From contig NIVC01003695.1 of NCBI GenBank assembly GCA_002269645.1, forward strand, positions 1-45,550: a stretch of 45,550 nucleotides of DNA, in the 5' to 3' direction. The notes under the pieces are model-generated. The model made no database searches. It saw only the letters and a list, made by a program, of their open reading frames with translations, and was not told the origin of the DNA. Positions 1 through 12,200 of this stretch are shown here, in pieces. Position numbers and translations under genes: made by a program. Positions within the stretch are counted from its first letter, which is position 1; each line of letters starts with the position of its first letter. Source of the stretch: Macrostomum lignano (taxonomy: Eukaryota).

Positions 1-277
1 ATTATCTCTTGACCAATTTTTGTAGCCTCTATAGTATTGAGCTTATAGTATTATATTAACTTATTCTAGTTGTTTTCAAAAGTGACACTCACACTGTATA
101 GCTTGATTTATAATTTGTTTGACCAATAATATTTTCAAACAAAAATATTGATAGAGCAAATGCTCCTACCATTATATTAAAGTACCTAAAATAAGTAATA
201 AATATAATATGCTCGTAAAGATTTTTAGCTATCCTCTCCACAAAAATTTTACCTAAAACAATCAATACAAATTTTAG

Positions 278-3200
278 AGACTTTCTGCCTCGTGGTTCCG
301 GCATTGTCACCAGGCGCCCGCTGATACTCCAGTTGTTGTACAATCCATCGGGTAGGAAGGCCTTTTTGACACAATAATTCAATAGTTAGTTACTGCTACT
401 GTTCCTTGACCTCTTACTGTTAGCAATCTAAGAGTTGCCCACATATTCCAAACCTCCCTGACCCATTGCCCTATTCAAGACCTTCCCTGACCCACCACCA
501 TCTTCAAGACATTCCCTGACCCCACCACCATCTTCAAGACATTCCCTGACCCACCACCATCTTCAAGACATTCCCTGACTCCACCACCATCTTCAAGACC
601 TTCCCTGACTCCACCACCATCTTCAAGACCTTCACTGGCTCCACCACCATCTTCAAGACCTTCCCTGACTCCACCACCATCTTCAAGACCTTCACTGACC
701 CCACCACCATCTTCAAGACCTTCACTGACCCACTGCCATCTCGAACACCCGCCCTGACCCACTGCCATCTCCAACACCCGCCCTGACCCCACTGCCGTCT
801 CCAACACCCGCCCTGACCCCACTGCCGTCTCCAACACCCGCCCTGACCCACTGCCGTCTCCAACACCCGCCCTGACCCCACTGCCATCTCCAACACCCGC
901 CCTGACCCCACTGCCATCTCCAACACCCGCCCTGACCCCACTGCCATCTCCAACACCCGCCCTGACCCCACTGCCATCTCCAACACCCGCCCTGACCCCA
1001 CTGCCATCTCCAACACCCGCCCTGACCCACTGCCATCTCCAACACCCGCCCTGACCCCACTGCCATCTCCAACACCCGCCCTGACCCCACTGCCATCTCC
1101 AACACCCGCCCTGACCCACTGCCATCTCCAACACCCGCCCTGACCCCCAACACCCGCCCTGACCCCACTGCCATCTCCAACACCCGCCCTGACTCCGCTG
1201 CGTTGGCAGCCGAGTACGCCGAGTTCGGCACCAGCGCGGCCGGAAGTACACCAACTTCGAGGAGGTCGCCAGGAGATCGAAGCGGAGACGGACCGGCTCA
1301 CGGGCCGCAACAAGGGCATCTCCAATGTGCCAATCATGCTGCGCGTGTTCAGCCCGCACGTGCTCAATTTGACCTTAGTTGACCTGCCCGGCATGACCAA
1401 AGTGGCTGTTGGCGACCAGCCGCCCGATATCGAGGTGCAAATCCGCACATGCTTCTGGAGTTCATCACCAAGGAGAACTGCCTGATTCTGGCCGTCAGCC
1501 CGGCCAACTCGGACCTAGCCAACTCCGATGCGCTCAAACTTGCCAAAGAGGTTGCGATTGTTTTTGCGTGCAAATATCGGCGCCATATTCATTTTGCAGG
1601 TGCGGAGTTATATTAATCTGCTACTGTTCGCTCCGCCAGGTGGACCCCGCCGGCACCCGCACCATCGGCGTCATCACCAAGCTGGACCTCATGGACCAGG
1701 GCACCGACGCCAGGGAGGTTCTGGAGAACAAGCTGCTGCCGCTTCGCCGCGGCTACATCGGCGTGGTCACGATCCAGAAGGACATCGAAGGTGAGACTGC
1801 TCACTGCTCAGACTCTACTCCACTGACTGCTCAGACTCTACTCCACTGACTGCTCAGACTCTACTCCACTGACTGCTCAGACTCTACTCCACTGACTGCT
1901 CAGACTCTACTCCACTGACTGCTCAGACTCTAATTCACCCTATAATGCCCATAGACCTCATCTACACAGCTCCCTGCTCCCTCTGAAACGTCACCCCAGG
2001 CCGCAAAGACATCAAGGCAGCCATGGCGCGGAGCGGAAGTTCTTCCTGTCGCACCCGTCCTACAGGCACATGGCGGAGCGCATGGGCACCCCGTACCTGC
2101 AGCGCTGCCTTAACCAGCAGCTCACCAACCACATCCGGGAGACGCTGCCTCCCTGCGCAGCGAGCTGCAGACCAAACTGCTAGCCATGGAGAAGGACTAC
2201 CAGGCCTACGCCAATTTTAGTCCCGACGATCCAGCATCAAGACCAAGGCGATGATGACGTAAGCCGCCGTTTGCCAGCTGTCTGGGGTTTTTCCGCTGGG
2301 CTGCCCGCGATCATCTTTCATCCATTCCTATAGGGAGGTTGTGGGGGTTTCCATCGAGCTGATGCACTCATTCCAAGGGGGGTTAAATGTGGGGGGTTTC
2401 CATTGAGGAAATGCTTAGGCGATCGCATGAAGCAAGCCAAAGTGGCCATCTTGCAGGATGATCAACCAGTTCACTGACGAGTTCACCCAGTCCATCGAAG
2501 GCTCCGGCGAAGTCAGCACCAAGGAGCTGTCCGGCGGAGCCAGAATCAATCGCATCTTTCACGAGAGATTCATGTACATGCTGCATCAGGTAAGATAATT
2601 AGCAGTGCGTGCATACTGAGCTGTCACCTTGTCAAGTGCTTTATTCAATTTTATAACTTGAGCCCGTCTTAAGCTGAGCCTAAGCTGTCCGATATTTAAT
2701 TTACCAGTGCTAGAGTACAAAGATTTTATCGCTACATATCGGATTCTTCCAGTGCTAGAGTACAAAGATTTTATCGCTACATATCGGATTCTTCCAGTGC
2801 TGGAGTACAAAGATTTTATCGCTACATATCGGATTCTTCCAGTGCTGGAGTACAAAGATTTTATCGCTACATATCGGATTCTTCCAGTGCTAGAGTACAA
2901 AGATTTTATCGCTACATATCGGATTCTTCCAGTGCTGGAGTACAAAGATTTTATCGCTACATATCGGATTCTTCCAGTGCTGGAGTACAAAGATTTTATC
3001 GCTACATGTCGGATTCTTCCAGTGCTGGAGTACAAAGATTTTATCGCTACATGTCGGATTCTTCCAGTGCTGGAGTACAAAGATTTTATCGCTACATGTC
3101 GGATTCTTCCAGTGCTGGAGTACAAAGATTTTATCGCTACATATCGGATTCTTCCTAAAATGTGTTTAGTAAACTGACAAAGTAAATATTTTTATAGCCA

Positions 3201-6200
3201 GAATAGTATAAGAAGAATTTATTAGAGATTTTATCAAAGGGCACTGGGCCAGAATAGAAGCAGAGGTCACTGAGCCAGAATAGAAGCAGAGGGCACTGAG
3301 CCAGAATAGAAGCAGAGGGCACTGAGCCAGAATAGAAGCAGAGGGCACTGAGCCAGAATAGAAGCAGAGGACACCGAGCCAGAATAGAAGCAGAGGGCAC
3401 TGAGCCAGAATAGAAGCAGAGGGCACTGAGCCAGAATAGAAGCAGAGGGCACTGAGCCAGAATAGAAGCAGAGGGCACTGAGCCAGAATAGAAGCAGAGG
3501 GCACTGAGCCAGAATAGAAGCAGAGGGCACTGAGCCAGAATAGAAGCAGAGGGCACTGAGCCAGAATAGAAGCAGAGGGCACTGAGCCAGAATAGAAGCA
3601 GAGGGCACTGAGCCAGAATAGAAGCAGAGGGCACTGAGCCAGAATAGAAGCAGAGGACACTGAGCCAGAATAGAAGCAGAGGGCACTGAGCCAGAATAGA
3701 AGCAGACGGCACTGAACACTTAACCGCTGCGGGAAAGCTCACAAATAAGTAATTTAATCCGCACAGCATGCCACTAACTCATTCTATTGTCACTTTAAAG
3801 CGTTTCGAAACTCATTTCTAGGCATCCCTGTTTGTAGGACTTCATGCTAAGCAGAGAGTGCGTTTTTATACAGTGCACTGATCCAAAAGAACTCTGCTTT
3901 TAATGCTTTGCATTGCCACCCATTCCAATGTAGCGTGTAAACAAATATTTCTAATACAGAAACTAACAGATTGTGTTTCAATTGTTCTTGAATTTTAATC
4001 ATTAGCCGTATCTAACTGCCCGTAGTTCACTGCAATTTACGGTGCGGCACTATTGGATAAAAAATGTAGCAGTGCTGTTGGATTGCTTATCCCCTGCTCT
4101 TTTCCTAGCTTTGTTCTGACACCATCTCAGCCACATAGGGTGATGTACAGCATCGAGACATTGCCTGGGTAGTCAGACAATTGGGCAAACACTGAGACAA
4201 ACAATTAAAAACACTGAGACAAACAATTGGACAGACACTGAGACAAACAATTGGGCAGACACTGAGACAAACAATTGGGCAGACACTGAGACAGACAATT
4301 GGGCAGACACTGAGACAAACAATTGGGCAGACACTGAGACAGACAATTGGGCAGACACTGAGACAAACAATTGGGCAGACACTGAGACAGACAATTGGGC
4401 AGACACTGAGACAGACAATTGGGCAGACACTGAGACAGACAATTGGGCAGACACTGAGACAAACAATTGGGCAGACACTGAGACAGACAATTGGGCAGAC
4501 ACTGAGACAGACAATTGGGCAGACACTGAGACAGACAATTGGGCAGACACTGAGACAAACAATTGGGCAGACACTGAGACAGACAGGCAGACACTGAGAC
4601 AAACAATTGGGCAGACACTGAGACAAACAATTGGACAGACACTGAGACAAACATAAAAACACAAAAGGACAAACACAAAGATGCACTTGTAGACACTTAC
4701 GCAGACACCAACACAAAACGACAGATAGACGAACAAATAGAGACAAAGACAGGCAGAAATAGTTCTGTCTCAGAGGCTGTTCTCACGCCATTAATGCACG
4801 CACAAATCGATTTTTGCAATCTTGAGTAGAAGTGGATTTCCAGCCGCACAGTCAAAATGGCCTCAACTTCGCTCCACTGCAGACCGAATCCGATGAGCGC
4901 GAGCTGCGCAAGGAGATCAGCTACACTATTCGCAATGTGCACGGCATCAGGTAGGAGCTCTGCTCTTCATCTGGTAACGGGTGTTTAGTGCCGGAGTCCT
5001 CTAAATCTATAATGGGATCCTTTTACTGTTTCCTTATTGCTTTCCGCACTAAAATCTAGAATCCATTCGAAACATTCCATCTTCCCGTGACTAACATCCC
5101 ATTTCCCATGTTGAGAATCTCATTTCCTATATTGAGAATCCCATTTCCCATGTTGAGAATACATTTCCCATGTTGAGAGTCCCATTTCCCATGTTGAGTG
5201 TCCCGTTTCCCATGTTAAGAGTCTCATTTCCCATGTTGAGAGTCCCATTTCCCATGTTGAGAGTCTCATTTCCCATGTTGAGAGTCTCATTTCCCATGTT
5301 AAGAGTCTCATTTCCCATGTTGAGAGTCCCATTTCCCATATTGAGAGTCCCCTTTCCCATGCAGAAAATCCCACACTGGGTGCACCCGATCCCGCAGGAC
5401 CGGCCTGTTCACTCCCGACATGGCATTCGAGCGCATCGTCAAGCAGCAGATCATGCGGCTGAAAGAGCCGACGCTGAAATGCGTGGACATGGTGATCGAG
5501 GAGCTCATCAACGTGGTGCACAAGTGCACGCAGCAGATGGCCAGCTACCCCAGGCTGCGCGAGGCCGTGGAGACCACCGTCACCAACCGGATCCGGGAGC
5601 AGGAGACCCGGGCCAAGACCCAGCTGATGCTGCTGGTGGACATCCAGCTGGCGTACATGAACACCAATCACGAGGACTTTATCGGCTTCGCCAAGTGAGT
5701 CTCGGGTTGCGTGGCCCGGATGCGAACACAATTCCCATTGCCGAATCAGTCATTGCGAATCTCACTTTTACCTTCAGCGCCCAGCAACGGACTGAGAGCA
5801 CCAGGAAGGAGCGAGTGGCGAACCAGGTGCGGCAGCTTATGCTGGGGGGTTGGGATAATAAAGCTGGGGGATTCGGTTCGGGGCAGTGTTGGCACCACTG
5901 CGATTTTTTATCGCTCAGCGATTTTTTATCGCTCAGCGATTTTTAATCGCTCAGCGATAATTTTGTCTGTTTTGCTCATTTCCTGCGATTTTTTGTGGAC
6001 ACCAGTCCTTTCAACTTTTTATCAAGTACTGTGTTTCATTTTGTGCTCAATTTAAGTGTCATGAATGTCATCAATATAGCGTGAGGCTGTGCAAGCCTCC
6101 GGTTTTGAAGCTCGGCGAAAGGAGATTGAGCATGCTGCGGTCGAGCGAGCACTGAAGAAAGCTGCTGACGAAACGGCTCGGCGAAAGAGACAGGCGGAGT

Positions 6201-9200
6201 TCGGCGCTCGATCTGTCCTGCCAAAGGTTCCAAAGAAAAAATGAACATCCACTGAAGAGCCTGCAGTTTTGCTTGACTAACGTTTGACTAGCCAAACAAA
6301 GATTCACGTAAAAGTATTTCTTTCCCTACAGTTACCGACATTGACCAACAATTTAAATATTAAAAGAATTCATTTTAGCTATATAGAATTGAAAACAGAT
6401 TCAGACAACTGGAATATAGCACAAAATTTAGTTGCAAAATTGTTATTACTTATTACTCATCAGCGGTCGTAGCGTCTTGTGTTTTTGTTGGTTGCTCGGT
6501 TCGGTTTCATAATGAACATCAGTAATCTATATTATACACTCAGCAACAGTCAAAACCGCCACCCTACCGAGAGAGGCGACTTCTCTCTCACCTTAACTGC
6601 AAGTGACGTAACTTGCGCCACGGCGTGGCTGGAGCTGGGTGAGAGTGAATGCAGGAGAGGGCAATCAGGGGATGCCCCATCTGCTTCTTTCACCCCACAT
6701 TAGACGGAGCAGGGTGGCTGGTGCGGTCGGAGTTCGCCTGACAATCCGCAGCAGACGTCGATTTGCCCTGGCTGTTGAGCCGCGGAGATCATGGCGCTGG
6801 CTGCCTATGGCTGCGTGCTGAACACTACCAGTATCTTGGGACTTCGTTAACAGCGCCGGAATTGTTGAACGTGATCGGCCAAATTGGCGAGCAACTGCGC
6901 TGATGGATGCACCAGCTTCTACTCGTAGCATGTCAACAGCGCGCCATCGTTCAGCGTCTGTCATATGCCTGACCATTGTCACGTGTACTGTTGCACCCCA
7001 AACCCCAACCTCAGTCCCTTTTGTACTCTCACCCTGGAATTCACTCTCACCTAGCTTTAGCCACGCCGTGGCGCAAGTTGCGTCACTTGCAGTTGAGGTG
7101 GGAGAGAGGTCGCCTCTCTCGGTGGGGTGGCGGTTTTGACTGTTGCTGAGTGTACGCTCGTATGTATGCCTGTCTTATCTTAAGAAAATGCTTGTGTTGT
7201 ATGACTACTTCACTGCTTCGGCGTAAATGAGAGTTGCATGCAGTTATTGCAAATTGTAGCAGTTCTTTCTGGTCAAATAGAAGATGGAATTAGAAATGGA
7301 AAGCTAAAAAATAAAGTTGTTTTCGCATACTGGCGCCTTCGGGGTTCGAGATGTGCTAGAGATGCGATGTGTGGGATATGCTAGAGGTGGGTATGTGATA
7401 TGCTAGAGATAGGGGAATGGGTATGGGATTTGGGATATGCCAGAGGTGGGATATGGGAAATAGGATCCATGAGATATTAGAGATGGGATCTCTGGAATTC
7501 TAGAGATGGGATCTCTGGGATGCTAGAGATGGGATCTCTGGGATGCTAGAGATGGGATCTCTGGGATGCTAGAGATGGGATCTCTGGGATTCTAGAGATG
7601 GGACACTGTAATAGTTTATGCTAGACTGGATCAGAAAATTGGGTGAGACAACATGGTTTGGTTTGCTGCTGTCACAATTATCATTATTATTCCTCTCTGT
7701 AAAACCGTCAAAGTGTCTGAATCTGAGCTGAGCAAATACCACTGAGAATTAAATATTCTGATTTATGGAATTCGTCTGCGCCCTCTGTACTTCAGCTGTG
7801 AGTACAGCCGTTTTTGCTGAGTTGCCCAACAAAATGTGAATTAATGAGAGGACTCAATCTGAGCTCATTATATATTTTTTTTTCGCGAGGCCCATATGCA
7901 GCAATCAGGCGGAGTTGTTCGCTTTTGCGCAGTGCACTGTACAGGCTCACAGTCATTCAAGTCGCCTCTCCTCTGTCCAGGTGATTCGCAAGGGCTATCT
8001 CACGCTCAACAATGTCTCCCTTATGCGCGGCGGCTCTAAGGAGTGCTGGTTTGTGCTCACCGCTGAGTCGCTCATGTGGTTCAAGGACGAGGAGGTGAGC
8101 TGACCGGCTGACTAGCTGACCCACTGATTCCTCAATGACCCACTGACTCCTTCCCTGAGCCACTGATTTTTCAATGACCCACTGACTCCTTCCCTGACCC
8201 ACCGATTCCTCAATGACCCACTGACTCCTTCCCTGACCCACCGATTCCTCAATGACCCACTGACTCCTTCCCTGACCCACTGATTCTTCAATGACCCACT
8301 GACTCCTTCCCTGACCCACTGATTCCTTTCCTGACCCACTGATTCTTCAATGACCCACTGACTCCTTCCCTGACCCACTGATTCTTCAATGACCCACTGA
8401 CTCCTTCCCTGACCCACTGACTCCTTCCCTGACCCACTGATTCTTCAATGACCCACTGACTCCTTCCCTGACCCACTGATTCTTCAATGACCCACTGACT
8501 CCTTCCCTGACCCACTGATTCCTTTCCTGACCCACTGATTCTTCAATGACCCACTGACTCCTTCCCTGACCCACTGAATCTTCAATGACCCACTGACTCC
8601 TTCCCTGACCCACTGATTCTTCAATGACCCACTGACTCCTTCCCTGACCCACTGATTCTTCAATGACCCACTGACTCCTTCCCTGACCCACTGATTCTTC
8701 AATGACCCACTGACTCCTTCCCTGACCCACTGATTCTTCAATGACCCACTGATTCCTTTCCTGACCCACTGATTCTTCAATGACCCACTGACTCCTTCCC
8801 TGACCCACTGAATCTTCAATGACCCACTGACTCCTTCCCTGACCCACTGATTCTTCAATGACCCACTGACTCCTTCCCTGACCCACTGATTCTTCAATGA
8901 CCCACTGACTCCTTCCCTGACCCACTGATTCTTCAATGACCCACTGACTCCTTCCCTGACCCACTGATTCTTCAATGACCCACTGACTCCTTCCCTGACC
9001 CACTGATTCTTCAATGACCCACTGCACTCCTTCCCTGACCCACTGACCGACCACATTGCCGCAGGAGCGCGAGAAAAAGTACATGCTGCCCCTTGACGGC
9101 CTGAAGATTCGAGACGGCGAGTCGCGCGGCCTGTTCGGCAAGAAGAACGTCTTCATGCTGTTCCACTCTGAAGGCCGGTGGGTGTTACGTATGCAATCTG

Positions 9201-12200
9201 TATGCAGTTTACAACTCAGCCGCTTATACCCTAAGCTGTGATATGATAAACAGCAGCCCTCCCATCTCCATCCCCCAGCAACACGTACAAAGACTACAAG
9301 ACGCTGGAGCTGGCCGCCGAGTCCGCAGACGAAGTGGACAGCTGGAAGGCGTCGTTTCTGCGTGCCGGCGTTTATCCCGAGCGGGAGAGCCGCGAAACGG
9401 ATGAGGTAAAGCTGCGTCTGGCATGAGTGGCTAGCTGGGTATATTTTGTCAATAATTGCTACTGTCAAGTAGTCCAAAGCGAGACTTTGTTGAGCAGTGT
9501 TAGTGTCGCGTGGGGTCTGTCTGGTTGCAAAAATGCAGTTGGCTGAGTTCGACGAGCCAGTTGGTCACGTGATCGTGCGGTCATACGGTCGCCAAATTAT
9601 CAAGTAGATGTAGGGCCCTATTGTACTTTTATTACTCGAATTCGGTCGTTGGTGTACTTTTATTGCTCATTAGTCTCTGTCAGATAGTCGCACATCTCTT
9701 TGTTGCTCTACTAGTACCTAAAGCAGCTATGATTGGCTATTGCTCTCACTCACTGGTTGCACTGAGAATGCTCAGCTATAATTGGCTATTGCTCTCACTC
9801 ACTGGTTGCACTGAGAATGCTCAGCTATAATTGGCTATTGCTCTCACTCGCTGGTTGCACTGAGAATGCTCAGCTATGATTGGCTATTGCTCTCACTCAC
9901 TGGTTGCACTGAGAATGCTCAGCTATAATTGGCTATTGCTCTCACTCGCTGGTTGCACTGAGAATGCTCAGCTATGATTGGCTATTGCTCTCACTCACTG
10001 GTTGCACTGAGAATGCTCAGCTATGATTGGCTATTGCTCTCACTCGCTGGTTGCACTGAGAATGCTCAGCTATAATTGGCTATTGCTCTCACTCACTGGT
10101 TGCACTGAGAATGCTCAGCTATGATTGGCTATTGCTCTCACTCACTGGTTGCACTGAGAATACTCAGCTATGATTGGCTATTGCTCTCACTCACTGGTTG
10201 CACTGAGAATGCTCAGCTATGATTGGCTATTGCTCTCACTCACTGGTTGCACTGAGAATGCTCAGCTATGATTGGCTATTGCTCTCACTCACTGGTTGCA
10301 CTGAGAATGCTCAGCTATGATTGGCTATTTCTCTCACTCACTGGTTGCACTGAGAATGCTCAGCTATAATTGGCTATTGCTCTCACTCGCTGGTTGCACT
10401 GAGAATGCTCAGCTATAATTGGCTATTTCTCTCACTCACTGGTTGCACTGAGAATGCTCAGCTATAATTGGCTATTGCTCTCACTCGCTGGTTGCACTGA
10501 GAATGCTCAGCTATAATTGGCTATTGCTCTCACTCGCTGGTTACACTGAGAATGCTCAGCTATAATTGGCTATTGCTCTCACTCGCTGGTTGCACTGAGA
10601 ATGCTCAGCTATGATTGGCTATTGCTCTCACTCACTGGTTGCACTGAGAATGCTCAGCTATGATTGGCTATTGCTCTCACTCGCTGGTTGCACTGAGAAT
10701 GCTCAGCTATAATTGGCTATTGCTCTCACTCACTGGTTGCACTGAGAATGCTCAGCTATGATTGGCTATTGCTCTCACTCACTGGTTGCACTGAGAATAC
10801 TCAGCTATGATTGGCTATTGCTCTCACTCACTGGTTGCACTGAGAATGCTCAGCTATGATTGGCTATTGCTCTCACTCGCTGGTTACACTGAGAATGCTC
10901 AGCTATAATTGGCTATTGCTCTCACTCACTGGTTGCACTGAGAATGCTCAGCTATGATTGGCTATTGCTCTCACTCGCTGGTTACACTGAGAATGCTCAG
11001 CTATAATTGGCTATTGCTCTCACTCGCTGGCTACACTGAGAATGCTCCACCGCCTCAGCAGCTCGGCGAAGATCCCACAGACTCGGACGGTCCGGGCCAG
11101 CAGCCCGACAGCTTGCGCGACCGGCAAGTTGAAATCATTCGCAGCCTGGTCAGCAGCTATTTCCAGATCTGCGTCTCCGAGCACAAAGACCTGTTCCCCA
11201 AGATCGTGGTGCACCTGCTGGTCAACTGCGTAGGGCTTGATGGGTCTTTGTGACCGCCTGTCTGGCTTCGCGGCTTGGGGGGGGGATATTCGCTGATGAT
11301 TTCACTCTGATTCCAGCTGCGATCACGCCTATGCTCCCAGATTGACTCACGCATTGCCTGATTGGCCCGCCACCCCAGCCCGAGCAGGACCTCGGCAGCA
11401 CGGATCCGCAGATGGAGCGCCAGGTGGAGACCATCCGCAACCTGGTCGAGTCCTACATGAAAATTGTGGACAAAACCCAGCGGGATATTGTGCCCAAGAC
11501 TGTCATTCACATTGTGGTCAATGAGGTAATGCCCTCGGAGCCATGACTGCCGTTCCCCTTCCTAATTGTGATTCCATCAATACTATGCATTGGCTTTAAC
11601 CACTCTAATGAACTGCAATTCACCAATGGATAGGGTTCTCAGCGCTTGTAGCCTTGAAAATTAGTGAACATGATTGATTAATGTTCAGCCCACCTGGCAG
11701 TGCCAATTGCATTCGTTTCATACCTGTCATTAGCCTAATCAGAAACCGAAGTTTCCGAAGTTTAGAGAATACCCAATTTAGAGAATATCAAATGTTAGCC
11801 TTATCTTGAAAAACCATTCCCAGCCTCAGCTTGTAGACCCAATCCCAGCCTTCAATGTACACCCAATCCCAGCCTCCGATGTACACCCAATCCCAGCCTT
11901 CAATGTACACCCAATCCCAGCTTCCAGTGTACACCCAATCCCAGCTTCCTGTGTACACCCAATCCCAGCTTCCAGTGTACACCCAATCTCAGCTTCCAGT
12001 GTACACCCAATCCCAGCTTCCAGTGTACACCCAATCCCAGCTTCCAGTGTACACCCAATCCCAGCTTCCAGTGTACACCCAATCTCAGCTTCCAGTGTAC
12101 ACCCAATCCCAGCTTCCAGTGTACACCCAATCCCAGCTTCCAGTGTACACCCAATCTCAGCTTCCAGTGTACACCCAATCCCAGCTTCCAGTGTACACCC

